Origin: Candidatus Kapaibacterium sp.
GTDB lineage: Bacteria > Bacteroidota > Ignavibacteria > Kapaibacteriales > UBA4661
Assembly: GCA_004292595.1 (NCBI GenBank)
Contig: RDXM01000118.1
Location: 421-64,420, forward strand
DNA: 64,000 nt
Direction of reading: 5' to 3'
Shown in pieces: positions 30,087-40,241 of this stretch. The number at the start of each line of letters is the position of its first letter. Position 1 is the stretch's first letter. The notes beneath the pieces were generated by a model. The model was not told where the DNA came from and did not search any database. It was given only the letters and a program-made list of their open reading frames with translations. The translations under genes were made by a program, and so were the position numbers.

Positions 30087-31754
30087 TCAAAACTGAAGGC
30101 GTGGCGTTTCATCCGCACGAAGGCTGTGCGTGTGCGCTGCGCCTGTGCGCTCTGTTTTGAAGCGTCCGACAAGGAATTGCAGATTGTCGGTAAGCTCGGT
30201 AAGGCGCACGGCTGCTTGTGCGATATAGTTCACCGATTGAAAGGTTTGCGAAGCAACGATGTTGATATCGCTGAGGCGTTTCGCCACTTCGTTTGCCGAA
30301 CTGAGCTGCACACCGCTTGCCGACGACGAAATTTCCATGATAATATCCGCCACTTTGTGCGACGCGGTTTCAATGTCGCGCAACGACGTATTTGTGTCCT
30401 TCGCAACGCGAATACCATGCTCTGCTTTTTGCGTTGCGGCTTCGATGAGCGCGTTGGTCTCGCGGGCAGCTTTCGCGCTGCGCTGTGCGAGATTGCGCAC
30501 TTCCTCAGCAACGACCGCAAAGCCCTTTCCGTGTCGTCCTGCGCGAGCCGCTTCCACAGCCGCGTTCAGGGCGAGAAGGTTTGTTTGAAAGGCGATGTCG
30601 TCAATAACTTTAATGATTTTGATAATGTTTCGGCTCGCATTATTGTTTTCAGCGAGAGCTTGCATCAGGTCGTCCATTGTGGAATTTCCTTTTTCTGCAA
30701 AGCCGCGTGATTGCTTTGCCAGAGCCGTTGCTTGGTTTGCATTGTCAGCATTCATGCGCATTTGGTCGGTGATATTGCTCATTGTGCCAGAAATACGCTT
30801 TGTTTGCTCGGTTTGCGATTCCATTGCCGCCGAAACTTCTTCGGCATTCGAGGAAAGCTGCGTTGAGACGTTCACGGTGGTATTGACCGAATCAATCACC
30901 TGCAAGACGAGAGAGCGAATGTTGTTCACCGTGTCGTTGAATCCCTCGCAAAGCCGCGCAATATCGTCATCGCCCTGCACGGGCAGATACGCCGTCAAAT
31001 CGCCTTCCGAGAGCAAGCGCATTTGTTCCAAAATCACTTTCACGTTTGCCGAGAGCGTTTCTTTTTCGCTGTGCAAAGTTTGCGTGGTCGTTTGAATGGA
31101 TGCGACCATTGCGTTGAATGCTTCGGAGAGTTCGCCAATTTCATCCTGTGTTTCCGCCCGTACGTGGACGCTTAAATCGCCATCCATCACGCGGCGCGAG
31201 GCATCGCGCAAATGCTGAATCGGACGTGCAACCTCGCGTGCAAGGAACGCTGCGCCCAAAATACCCAAAAGCATTGCCAATGCTGCTACGCCAAGTGCAA
31301 TTCCGCGCGAAACCCACACACTTTGTTTCATTGCCGATGTCGAGCAGCCGACAATCACCTCGCCCTTCACAACATCGGTATCAAGTGCCTTGCGGGCAAT
31401 GATGTAGCCTTCGTTTTCTAATTCTTTTTTGTAGGTGAAGCCTTTCGGGTACGCGGCAAACGTCTGTCCTTCGCTCTGCACGGCAACAAAGCTCACGGCG
31501 GGGTCGTTTTTGGCAAAATCCAGCACTTTCGGAATGGACGACATATCGCCGCTTGACAAGCCAATCGCCATGCCGAGATGAATTGTTTCCACAAAAGAGT
31601 TTGTTTTTTGCGATAACTCGCTCGTAAGAACGCGCTGTTGCTGGTATGGGAAATACACAATAATCGCAAGCGAAATCACGCTGATAACCGCAACAGCGAC
31701 CGAGCGAATTTTGCTTTGAAGCGAAAGACGCTGGAGAGAAAAACGTGGAAGCAT
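30087..31754 (-). CDS. methyl-accepting chemotaxis protein
   Basis: Two TM helices, HAMP ([11 protein letters not shown]), [29 protein letters not shown]. Confidence 0.93.
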   Translation of the reverse strand: MLPRFSLQRLSLQSKIRSVAVAVISVISLAIIVYFPYQQQRVLTSELSQKTNSFVETIHLGMAIGLSSGDMSSIPKVLDFAKNDPAVSFVAVQSEGQTFAAYPKGFTYKKELENEGYIIARKALDTDVVKGEVIVGCSTSAMKQSVWVSRGIALGVAALAMLLGILGAAFLAREVARPIQHLRDASRRVMDGDLSVHVRAETQDEIGELSEAFNAMVASIQTTTQTLHSEKETLSANVKVILEQMRLLSEGDLTAYLPVQGDDDIARLCEGFNDTVNNIRSLVLQVIDSVNTTVNVSTQLSSNAEEVSAAMESQTEQTKRISGTMSNITDQMRMNADNANQATALAKQSRGFAEKGNSTMDDLMQALAENNNASRNIIKIIKVIDDIAFQTNLLALNAAVEAARAGRHGKGFAVVAEEVRNLAQRSAKAARETNALIEAATQKAEHGIRVAKDTNTSLRDIETASHKVADIIMEISSSASGVQLSSANEVAKRLSDINIVASQTFQSVNYIAQAAVRLTELTDNLQFLVGRFKTERTGAAHTHSLRADETPRLQF

Positions 31755-31819
31755 AACTCAGACCAAAAAGTGTAAAAAGAAAAAATACTTCGTCGGACGC
31801 AGACAAGCGCACACACGCT

Positions 31820-31852
31820 ACAATTTCAACACAATTTCAACACAATTTCAAC
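31820..31852. repeat. 11-bp tandem repeat ACAATTTCAAC x3
   Basis: Read directly, upstream of the MCP gene. Confidence 0.8.
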
Positions 31853-32291
31853 AGATAAAAAAGTCTGGGACAACGAATTCTGAAACAAGAATTGTCGCGG
31901 CAAATCTACTCTGAAAAAAAGCAGAAAACTACAAAAAAAGCCATGCAAACAAAAAAGGTTCGCATGGCTTCAAAGGTGCATCAATACTGGATAAAAACGG
32001 ATAAGAGTCAAAAAATAAAACAGATAAAAAGAGCATAAAACCCACATTTTTTTGCCTCTTTTTTGCTCTTTTTTTGCGCTTGTTTTGCAATGATACAGGA
32101 GAGATACAGGAGATTTTTTCTACAAAAAATGCTCACCGACCCCGACGCGAACAATGCTCAAACACCAGAGTATATCTAGTGTGCAGCAAATACATCTTCA
32201 AAGCGCAAAAAGTGAAAAACAGCACTCTAGGCTTGATAGAATCTGGCTTTGAGCGACTTCAAAGAATATTTAAATCATCTCACGGCAGACA

Positions 32292-32843
32292 TCATGCCAG
32301 AAGAGCGGCAATTCGCGCTGTTATTTCTTCTACCTGTCCATCGCCATCAACATTTTTCACGAGATGTGGCGTTGCGAGGTAAAAGTCCAGAAGCGGCGCG
32401 GTTTCTTTCTCATAGATGTTGAAACGTTCACGAATCACATCTTCTTTGTCGTCCTTGCGCCCGCGCAAAATCAGGCGTTGGATAACTTTTTCTTTATCCA
32501 CGGTGATATTGATAACCACAGCAACTTTTTTACCTGCTGCCTCCAAAAGCCCCGCCAAATCTCGTGCCTGACCGAGTGTGCGCGGATAGCCGTCCAAAAT
32601 TGCACCTTTTTGGAATTTTTCTTGGTCCAGCGTTTCTTTCACAATCTGCGTCACAATTTCGTCCGATACCAAGCCGCCCGATTCCACGATTTGCTGGGCG
32701 AGTTTGCCTACGTCGGTTTGTGCAGCAATCGCATTGCGCAATGCCTCGCCAGTGGAAAGATGACCAAAGCCCATTTGCTCGGCGATGAGTGCGGCTTGTG
32801 TGCCTTTACCGACACCAGGCGCACCAAAAAAAATGATAATCAT
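32292..32843 (-). CDS. adk: adenylate kinase (short-LID type)
   Basis: GAPGVGKGT, LDGYPR, RGRKDD with no long LID. Confidence 0.95.
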   Translation of the reverse strand: MIIIFFGAPGVGKGTQAALIAEQMGFGHLSTGEALRNAIAAQTDVGKLAQQIVESGGLVSDEIVTQIVKETLDQEKFQKGAILDGYPRTLGQARDLAGLLEAAGKKVAVVINITVDKEKVIQRLILRGRKDDKEDVIRERFNIYEKETAPLLDFYLATPHLVKNVDGDGQVEEITARIAALLA

Positions 32844-33000
32844 AGACAAAATGATAAAGATGAAGAAGAAAGAATTTCGGGTACATTTTTTTAGACATAG
32901 CACAATTTTCAGCAATTTCCAAAAGAACGTGCCAAAATACGAAACCAAGCGGGTTTCGCCAGTATATTTTTTTTCGTAAGTGCAGATTTTATGAGAATTT

Positions 33001-33190
33001 TAGGACTTTCGCACAATGTACTTTTGAAGCTCACAGACAGGAATGTCTGTGCCACCAAAGCCAGTATCTATCAGTTTTGTAGTGGCACAGGCATTCCTGC
33101 CTGTGAGGTTTGCGAAAGTCCTAAAAGCCAGTATCTATCAGTTTTGTAGTGGCACAGGCATTCCTGCCTGTGAGGTTTGCGAAAGTCCTA
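33001..33190. mobile_element. 123-bp MITE-like element (family B) with a 67-bp tandem duplication of its right half
   Basis: TAGGACTTTCGCA ... TGCGAAAGTCCTA ends; encloses tail-to-tail REP units; 33057-33123 is repeated at 33124-33190. Confidence 0.75.
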
Positions 33191-33317
33191 AATTTTCTTG
33201 CAACGCTATGAAACTTTTTTACCGTAATTTGCGTCTGGATGAAGAGCGTCCTTTTTCCAAATATATTCTTCAATTCCCCCAAGCCTTTCCTTCAATTTTT
33301 AACCATTTTCACTTCCG

Positions 33318-34937
33318 ATGAATCAGAAAAAAACATTGCTCGTCGCCGCAGCGTGTCTTGTCTTTGGCTTGATTGCTGGTGTTCTTATTCAGCCATTATC
33401 GTTGTCCTCGCAGGATGAATGGACGATGCAAGCGTATAAAATCAACAATGCGCTGGGTAGTATCGCCCGCTATCACGTGGACAACAACGAAGCCACCAAG
33501 CTCGGCGATGCTGCCGTGCGCGGTATTCTCGAAAACTTGAACGACCCCTACGCTGAATACTTCCCGCCACGCCAAAAAGAAGCATTTGACGAAGCATTTC
33601 GCGGGAATTTTCAAGGTATCGGCATTCGTTTTCAAATTATCAAAGATACGATTACCGTGATTACCACTATTCTCGACGGACCGAGCGAGAAGGTAGGCTT
33701 GCTGTTTAATGATAAAATTGTGAAAATTGACGGCGTAGATGCAATCGGCATGAAAACCGATTCCGTGCCGCGCAAACTCAAGGGTCCGCAAGGCACGAAA
33801 GTAACCGTTACCATCAAGCGCGAAGGCACAGCAAAGCCCTTCGATGTGGAAATTACGCGGAATCAAATCAGCACTACGTCTGTGCTGGCGCAGTATATGT
33901 TGAACAAAGATGTGGGCTATATTTTTGTGGATAGATTCGCCGCGACAACCACGCAAGATGTCGTCGAAGCTACGAAAAACCTGAAGGCGCAAGGCATGAA
34001 AAAACTCGTGCTGGACTTGCGCAATAATCCGGGCGGCTACCTCGACCAAGCATGGCGTTTGGCGGATGAGTTTATCAAAGAAGGCTCAACGCTGGTCTAT
34101 ACCAAAGACCGCAGCGAGCAAATCCGCGAAAGCTATCCTTCGACCACAAGCGGCAATATCCAAAACGTCCCCGTTGTCGTGCTGATAAACGGCGGTTCTG
34201 CTTCGGCAAGCGAGATTGTTTCGGGCGCAATTCAAGACCTCGACCGAGGCTTGGTTGTCGGCGAAACCAGCTTTGGTAAGGGCTTGGTGCAACAATTTTT
34301 CCCGATTGCCAATGACGGTTCGTCTATCAAATTCACGACGGCAAAATACTACACGCCCTCTGGTCGCCTCATTCAACGGCAGTTCAAGGACAAAAAATCG
34401 TACTACGCACAAGAAGGACGCATCAATCTCCCCGAAGGTGCAAATTTCGACCACCTGCACGACACGCCCGATTCCTCGCGCCCAACCTTTAAAACGCCGT
34501 CCGGACGCAAGGTCGTTGGCGGCGGCGGCATTGTGCCAGATTATGTTGTGAAAAGCGATACCGTTGGAAAATTGTATCAAGCCATTGCGAAATCTGGTGC
34601 GTTTGGTGATATTTCGCAAAAATATATTTTGCAGTACGGCAACGATGTTCGCAAAAAATATGGTAAAAATTTGAAAGGCTTCGTGGAAGGCTACAAGGTT
34701 GATGAAACCTATATGAAACTCTTCAAAGATTACCTCGCAGAGAAAAAAGTAGAAGTAAAAGATGAGGACTGGAAAGCCGAAGAACGCATGATTACCACCA
34801 CGATGAAGGGCTTGGTTGCATCGTACTTGTGGAACTGGTCGGACTTCGCTTTTATCTACGCTATGCAGCAGCCGAAGCAGTTGGAAAAAGCCTTGACGCT
34901 CTTCCCAGAGTCGGCGAAATTAGCGAAACTGCCGTAA
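33318..34937 (+). CDS. S41 family carboxyl-terminal processing protease
   Basis: GIG PDZ domain, LDLRNNPGG, SASASEIVSGA, FGKGLVQ. Confidence 0.95.
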   Translation: MNQKKTLLVAAACLVFGLIAGVLIQPLSLSSQDEWTMQAYKINNALGSIARYHVDNNEATKLGDAAVRGILENLNDPYAEYFPPRQKEAFDEAFRGNFQGIGIRFQIIKDTITVITTILDGPSEKVGLLFNDKIVKIDGVDAIGMKTDSVPRKLKGPQGTKVTVTIKREGTAKPFDVEITRNQISTTSVLAQYMLNKDVGYIFVDRFAATTTQDVVEATKNLKAQGMKKLVLDLRNNPGGYLDQAWRLADEFIKEGSTLVYTKDRSEQIRESYPSTTSGNIQNVPVVVLINGGSASASEIVSGAIQDLDRGLVVGETSFGKGLVQQFFPIANDGSSIKFTTAKYYTPSGRLIQRQFKDKKSYYAQEGRINLPEGANFDHLHDTPDSSRPTFKTPSGRKVVGGGGIVPDYVVKSDTVGKLYQAIAKSGAFGDISQKYILQYGNDVRKKYGKNLKGFVEGYKVDETYMKLFKDYLAEKKVEVKDEDWKAEERMITTTMKGLVASYLWNWSDFAFIYAMQQPKQLEKALTLFPESAKLAKLP

Positions 34938-34977
34938 ACAAATTGCCGTAACTAATACGTTCAAGACTTCCGACAAC

Positions 34978-35025
34978 GGGTAGTGTCAGTGGTAAGAAAC
35001 CGACAAAACTTATCTGACACTACCC
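34978..35025. repeat. GTAG-containing hairpin (REP-like or terminator)
   Basis: GGGTAGTGTCAG ... CTGACACTACCC perfect 12-bp stem. Confidence 0.55.
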
Positions 35026-35338
35026 AATCATTCGCTGTATTTGCGTCCGAGACGCTGCACCGTTACAGACAATTTGGAAAAGTCCGTGTTTTCGTCGTAA
35101 TTTTGCGGTCTCAGCAATTTCCCGTACAATTTTTGCTATATTCCGTGAGAGTAAAAACACTCACATCCTCCTCCCTTTCTGGCACGAAAGGCACCATTCG
35201 TGGCGGCTCGTTTCCGAGCGGCTTGCGTATTCGTGTTGCCTTGCTCCTGATTATCTCGCTTGCCAGCGCGATTCCTGCCGCGCACTAGATTTTTCCTTGA
35301 AGCATACAACCAAAGCATCGCAGTAAAGTTAGCTCGCA

Positions 35339-35414
35339 GTGGCACAGACATTCTTGTCTGTGAGCATTGGTGCTGGATTACAACGGCAAACACAGACAGG
35401 AATGTCTGTGCCAC
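35339..35414. repeat. REPIN-like doublet (family A)
   Basis: Same arms as at 8461. Confidence 0.9.
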
Positions 35415-35486
35415 TGCATAATTTTTTCAATGATTTCTATAATCACCCACGAAATTTCTTCATTACGTTTATCACGGAGAACTACT

Positions 35487-36905
35487 ATGTCCACAACTAT
35501 GTCCACAATGACCGCTCCTCCACAAGCGAATGGCAACGGCACGCACAAAGGCGTAAAGATGCACCATTCCTCATTTTTACCGAGCAATATCGAAGCAAAG
35601 CACGTTCACGAAACCTTGCGCAAACACATCCTTGCCGATGGGTTTGATATGGTGCTGGATCTGCACGGCAGCAACGGTTCGTACATGACCGATGCCGCGA
35701 CGGGCAATACGTTCCTCGACCTTTTCACGTGCTTTGCATCTATGCCGATTGGTATGAATCACCCAAAGCTCACCGACCCTGAATTTATCTACTATCTGGG
35801 CATGGTTGCGCTGAATAAGCCGTCCAATTCCGACCTTTACACCGAAGAAATGGCGGCGTTTGTTGATACATTTTTCAACATTGCCGTTCCACAGCATTTC
35901 AAATATGGTTTCTTTGTCGAAGGCGGCGCATTGGCGAATGAAAATGCGATGAAAGCTGCGTTTGATTGGAAAGTGCGCAAAAACTTCGCCAAAGGCTACA
36001 AATTCGAGCGCGGCGACAAAGTAATGCACTTCAAACAAGCATTTCACGGGCGTTCTGGCTACACGATGACGCTCACCAACACCGACGAGAAAAAAGTGAA
36101 GTATTTTCCGAAGTTTCAGAGCTGGCCTCGCATCACGAATCCTGCCATGCGCTTCCCCTTCACGAAGGATAATTTGGAACTCGTGATTGCACTCGAACAG
36201 CAAGCAATCGCCGAGATGAAGCAAGCATTTTTCGAGCAGAAAGATGAAATTGCGTCGGTGATTATTGAGCCAATTCAAGGCGAAGGCGGCGACAACCACT
36301 TCCGTCCTGAATTCCTCCAAGCACTGCGCGACATTGCGCATGAAAACGAAGCATTGGTAATTTTTGACGAAGTGCAAACAGGCGTTGGCATCACTGGCAC
36401 ATGGTGGGCGCACGAGCAACTCGGCGTAGAGCCAGATTTGATGACCTTTGGCAAGAAAATGCAGGTTTGCGGTGTGCTGGCTGGCAAAAAACTGGATGAA
36501 ATTCCAGAGAATGTGTTCCATGTTGCAAGCCGCATCAATTCTACATGGGGCGGTAATTTGGTGGATATGGTGCGTGTTGCTCGCTACCTCAGCATCATCC
36601 AAGAAGAAAACATGGTGCAAAATGCCGCAACCGTCGGCACGTACTTGGTTGAGCAGTTGAATCAGATGGTGGAGGAGTTCCCGCAGCACGTCTCGAACCC
36701 ACGTGGACGCGGCTTGTTTGCTGCCTTCGACATGGTTTCGCCCGAAGCCCGCGACGCATTCCGCAGCCAATGTTACGACCACAAAGTGATGTTGCTTTCC
36801 TGCGGTGTGCAATCAATTCGCTTCCGTCCACCGCTTAATCTCACGACCGCGCAGGTGGATGAAGGCATGAATGTGATGAAAACGGTTTTGAAAAACACGA
36901 AGTAA
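35487..36905 (+). CDS. lat: L-lysine 6-transaminase (class III PLP aminotransferase)
   Basis: HILADG, NKPSNSD, FHGRSGY, DEVQTG, FGKK, RINSTWGGN. Confidence 0.9.
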   Translation: MSTTMSTMTAPPQANGNGTHKGVKMHHSSFLPSNIEAKHVHETLRKHILADGFDMVLDLHGSNGSYMTDAATGNTFLDLFTCFASMPIGMNHPKLTDPEFIYYLGMVALNKPSNSDLYTEEMAAFVDTFFNIAVPQHFKYGFFVEGGALANENAMKAAFDWKVRKNFAKGYKFERGDKVMHFKQAFHGRSGYTMTLTNTDEKKVKYFPKFQSWPRITNPAMRFPFTKDNLELVIALEQQAIAEMKQAFFEQKDEIASVIIEPIQGEGGDNHFRPEFLQALRDIAHENEALVIFDEVQTGVGITGTWWAHEQLGVEPDLMTFGKKMQVCGVLAGKKLDEIPENVFHVASRINSTWGGNLVDMVRVARYLSIIQEENMVQNAATVGTYLVEQLNQMVEEFPQHVSNPRGRGLFAAFDMVSPEARDAFRSQCYDHKVMLLSCGVQSIRFRPPLNLTTAQVDEGMNVMKTVLKNTK

Positions 36906-36947
36906 AATAAGCTGCAAGCCTTGTCAAATCTTGTGTTTGAGAAAATT

Positions 36948-36990
36948 AAAGTGAGAGTCTCAATTCTTTTTCGAGGTTCTCACTTTTTTG
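36948..36990. terminator. terminator between convergent lat and the PhzF-like gene
   Basis: AAAGTGAGA...TCTCACTTTTTT. Confidence 0.6.
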
Positions 36991-37001
36991 TTTGCAGCGT
37001 T

Positions 37002-37829
37002 TTACACCATAATTTCACCCTTCAAATACGGCACAACATTGCCCGCCATTGTTACGCGGTCGTTGCCGTTTTCTTCTGAAAGAAATGTGCAAAAAAGCTC
37101 TCCACCCCGCGCCGATGCTTGATAGGCAACAATATCTTTTTTACCCAATTTTTTCGACCAGTAGGGAACAATGCTGCAATGCGCCGAGCCAGTAACGGGG
37201 TCTTCGGGAACGCCCGCCGTTGGCGCGAAATACCGTGAAACGCAGTCATAGCGGTCTGTTCCAGCCGCCGTTACGATAATGCCCGTCATTTCTGGCAAGG
37301 TGCGCAAGCTGAGGAAATCAGGCTGCATCGCACGTACATCGTCCTCGCTGTGCATCACGAGAAAATAATTATTCACCGAAGCATAGATTTCAAGCGGCAT
37401 TCTGCCCAGCGCAGACGACAGCCAGACGCGCAAATGCTCTTCTTTGTCGTGTGGCAAGGAATGGAGCGGTCTGGCGGGAAAATTGAGCATGAGTTTGTCG
37501 GCAGTTTTTTCAACGGTGAGTTCGCCGCTTTTGCTGTAAAATCGAATCATTTCGCCAGAATAGCCGAGATATTCGTATAAAACATACGCCGAAGCCAGCG
37601 TTGCGTGACCGCAGAGCGGAATCTCCAGCTCTGGCGTAAACCAGCGTAAATCATAGCTTCCGTCTGCGCGGCGCATAAAATAGGCGGTTTCGGCAAGGTT
37701 GTTTTCCATGGCGATTGTTTGCATGAGTTCGTCGGAAAGCCAGTCTTGAAGCGGGATAATAGCTGCTGGATTGCCGCAAAAACGCTTCGTTGTGAAGGCA
37801 TCTACTTGATAGATAGGGAGTGTTTGCAT
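37002..37829 (-). CDS. PhzF family isomerase
   Basis: YQVDAF, GNPA, ETAY, LCGHATL, EDPVTGSAH. Confidence 0.93.
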   Translation of the reverse strand: MQTLPIYQVDAFTTKRFCGNPAAIIPLQDWLSDELMQTIAMENNLAETAYFMRRADGSYDLRWFTPELEIPLCGHATLASAYVLYEYLGYSGEMIRFYSKSGELTVEKTADKLMLNFPARPLHSLPHDKEEHLRVWLSSALGRMPLEIYASVNNYFLVMHSEDDVRAMQPDFLSLRTLPEMTGIIVTAAGTDRYDCVSRYFAPTAGVPEDPVTGSAHCSIVPYWSKKLGKKDIVAYQASARGGELFCTFLSEENGNDRVTMAGNVVPYLKGEIMV

Positions 37830-37862
37830 AGAGTATTCTCCGAATTGATTGATGAAATTGTG

Positions 37863-38043
37863 GTAACTGGTCAGGTCATAATTTTTTTGGACGCAGATGA
37901 AGATGATTGGATTGATGAAGATGATGAAAACATCAACAATAGATGAAATCTGCATATATCCTCCTATTTTCATCAATATCATCTTCATCAATTCAATCAT
38001 CTTCATCTGCGTCCTTTCTTCATTGCTAAGACCTGACTAATAC
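37863..38043. mobile_element. MITE-like element (family C) with outer inverted repeats
   Basis: GTAACTGGTCAGGTC ... GACCTGACTAATAC enclosing the GACGCAGATGAAGATG palindrome. Confidence 0.7.
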
Positions 38044-38298
38044 CGTTTTGACTATACTTTGAATACTTTGATTTTAGCAAGGCAGCATGCTGCCTTGTTT
38101 CGGAGAATTGAAAGTATTCATTTTACAATCGAAAATCGAAATTACGAACAAAGTACACTCCAAAACAGATACAATTTTGTAAACTGTAAGGAGTACAGTT
38201 GTGTTTTTCAAAAAAACGATACCAAAATTGTACACGGCATTGTATCTTGTGTTTGAAAGTACTGTATCGGTAATCACAAAGAGCAATCAGCAATCATT

Positions 38299-40041
38299 AT
38301 GGCAGAGCAAACACCACCAGCGCATGAGCCACACGGCAGCAATGAAGAGATTCCACGCCCTTGGCTGCAATTCTACGAAAAAGGCGTACCAGAGCATTTG
38401 AACTACCCATCATTTGCCTTGTGGGAGCTTGTTCGCAACAGCGCGGCGGCGCATCCTGACAAAATTGCGACGGACTTTTTCGGACATACGCTCACCTACG
38501 CCGAATTGTGGGATTCCGTGCAGCGATTCGCCCATGCCTTGCAAGCTCTCGGCATCCGCAAAAGCGACCGCGTTGCGCTGATGTTGCCGAATTGCCCGCA
38601 GTTCGTGATTGCCTTCTATGGCGTACAGTTAGCGGGCGCAACCGTGATTGCAGTGAATCCAATCTATACCTCGCGCGAATTGGAACACGTCTTGAAAGAC
38701 TCCGCCGCAGAAACCTTGATTGTGCTGGATTTGAAGTATCCCGCCTTCCGCGAAGTAGCAGCCATATCACAGGTGAAACGCACGATTGTAACGGGCATTC
38801 AGGACTATTTGCCGTTTCCAAAAAATCTTTTGTACCCATTCAAAGCAAAAAAAGAGGGAATGTGGGTAGAAGTGAAGCCGTCTCCAAGCATTTTCTTTTT
38901 TAAGCGGTTGCTGAAAAAATACAGCCCTACTCCCTCGAAAGTTACCACTAATCCTGAAGAAGATATTGCCATGCTGCTCTACACGGGCGGAACGACAGGC
39001 TTTCCGAAGGCTGCCATGCTCACGCACCGCAATCTTGCAGCAAACGCGCTCCAAAATATGTCGTGGACTCCTGGCATCGAAACAGGCAAAGAAATCATTG
39101 GCTGTGTGCTGCCATTTTTCCACAGCTACGGGCTTTCTACTGCGCTGAATTACGGGATGCAGATTGCGGCAAAATTGGTGTTGTTTCCCAAATTTTCTGC
39201 CGCCGATGTCGTGAAAGGCATCGCGGACAAACATATAACGCTCTTTCCGGGCGTTCCGACAATGTTTGTGGCTATCAATAATTACCCAGACCTCAGGAAA
39301 TACGACCTTTCCAGCATTAAATGTTGTCTTTCGGGCGGCGCACCTTTGCCGCTTGAAGTAAAGCATCAATTCGAGAAAAACATTAGCGGCAAGCTCTTGG
39401 AAGGCTACGGCTTATCCGAAAGTTCGCCCGTGCTGACGGGGAATGTGTTCAATGGCATGATACGCGACGGCAGCATCGGAATCCCCTTGCCCGACACGGA
39501 TATTTTGATTATGGATGAAGACGGCAAGCCCGTTCCCATCGGAGAAGTCGGGGAATTAGCCGCCGCCGGACCGCAGATTATGAAAGGCTATTGGAATCGT
39601 CCCGAAGAGACCGCAAAGACGCTTCGCTCTTACGCTGGGCGCACGTGGCTCTTCACGGGCGATATGGCAAAAATGGACGCAGATGGCTATTTTACTATCG
39701 TGGATAGAAAAAAAGACCTTATTTTAGTGGGCGGCTACAATGTGTTTCCGCGCGAGGTCGAGGAAGTTTTGTACGAACATCCTAAAGTCAAGGAAGCAGT
39801 CGTGGCGGGCGTTCCCGATACATTTCATGGCGAATTTGTGAAAGCATATTTGGTGCTGCACGACGGACAAACCGCGACGGAAAAAGAAATACAGCAATTC
39901 TGTAAAGAGCGTATTTCTGGTTACAAAGTTCCGAAAAGCGTGGAGTTCCGCAAGGATTTACCAAAAACAATTATTGGAAAAATTTTGCGCCGCGAGCTTT
40001 TGGAAGAAGAAAAACGCCGCGCGGTGGAACGCAAGGAATAA
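38299..40041 (+). CDS. long-chain fatty acid--CoA ligase (FadD-like)
   Basis: YTGGTTGFPK, EGYGLSE, TGD, DRKKD, GKILRR. Confidence 0.93.
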   Translation: MAEQTPPAHEPHGSNEEIPRPWLQFYEKGVPEHLNYPSFALWELVRNSAAAHPDKIATDFFGHTLTYAELWDSVQRFAHALQALGIRKSDRVALMLPNCPQFVIAFYGVQLAGATVIAVNPIYTSRELEHVLKDSAAETLIVLDLKYPAFREVAAISQVKRTIVTGIQDYLPFPKNLLYPFKAKKEGMWVEVKPSPSIFFFKRLLKKYSPTPSKVTTNPEEDIAMLLYTGGTTGFPKAAMLTHRNLAANALQNMSWTPGIETGKEIIGCVLPFFHSYGLSTALNYGMQIAAKLVLFPKFSAADVVKGIADKHITLFPGVPTMFVAINNYPDLRKYDLSSIKCCLSGGAPLPLEVKHQFEKNISGKLLEGYGLSESSPVLTGNVFNGMIRDGSIGIPLPDTDILIMDEDGKPVPIGEVGELAAAGPQIMKGYWNRPEETAKTLRSYAGRTWLFTGDMAKMDADGYFTIVDRKKDLILVGGYNVFPREVEEVLYEHPKVKEAVVAGVPDTFHGEFVKAYLVLHDGQTATEKEIQQFCKERISGYKVPKSVEFRKDLPKTIIGKILRRELLEEEKRRAVERKE

Positions 40042-40081
40042 TGCGGCTTGTCGGTATTTGGACTATAAAATATACTCATTA

Positions 40082-40158
40082 GTGGCACAGACATTCTTGT
40101 CTGTGAGTATGAGTGCAGTATTTCAAGCGGGGAACACAGGCAAGAATGCCTGTGCCAC
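40082..40158. repeat. REPIN-like doublet (family A)
   Basis: Right arm CACAGGCAAGAATGCCTGTGCCAC carries compensatory changes. Confidence 0.9.
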
Positions 40159-40204
40159 TAAAACCCGATTCTGTTTTGTTGTTTCTGGGGCAAATGACCT
40201 AGTT

Positions 40205-40239
40205 TCAGCCCTCATCCCTCAAATTTCATCCCTCTCTTC
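40205..40239 (+). repeat. heptamer array immediately before the HlyC/CorC start
   Basis: TCAGCCC TCATCCC TCAAATT TCATCCC TCTCTTC. Confidence 0.65.
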
Positions 40240-40241
40240 GC

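Noticed and set aside
31895-31975. c-di-GMP-I riboswitch-like GGCAAA...GAAA string near the MCP gene
   Set aside because: Wrong strand for the MCP gene and poor stems; better explained as the reverse complement of the TAGATTTG promoter element.
33001-33190. Tandem 67-bp repeat as a mini-CRISPR
   Set aside because: The whole unit is duplicated identically, so there is no unique spacer.
35367-35486. ORFs or N-terminal extensions reading AQTFLSV / HRQECLCH / MIELMKMI
   Set aside because: These are translations of the repeat elements; downstream ATGs give normal protein starts (for example lat at 35487 and PhzF at 37829).
35577-36812. 411-aa antisense ORF (likewise 17241..18188, 40719..41597 and 50763..51953)
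   Set aside because: Shadow frames opposite well-conserved genes, with no recognisable motifs.
37002-37829. Phenazine biosynthesis cluster
   Set aside because: Only a lone PhzF-family gene; no other phz genes.
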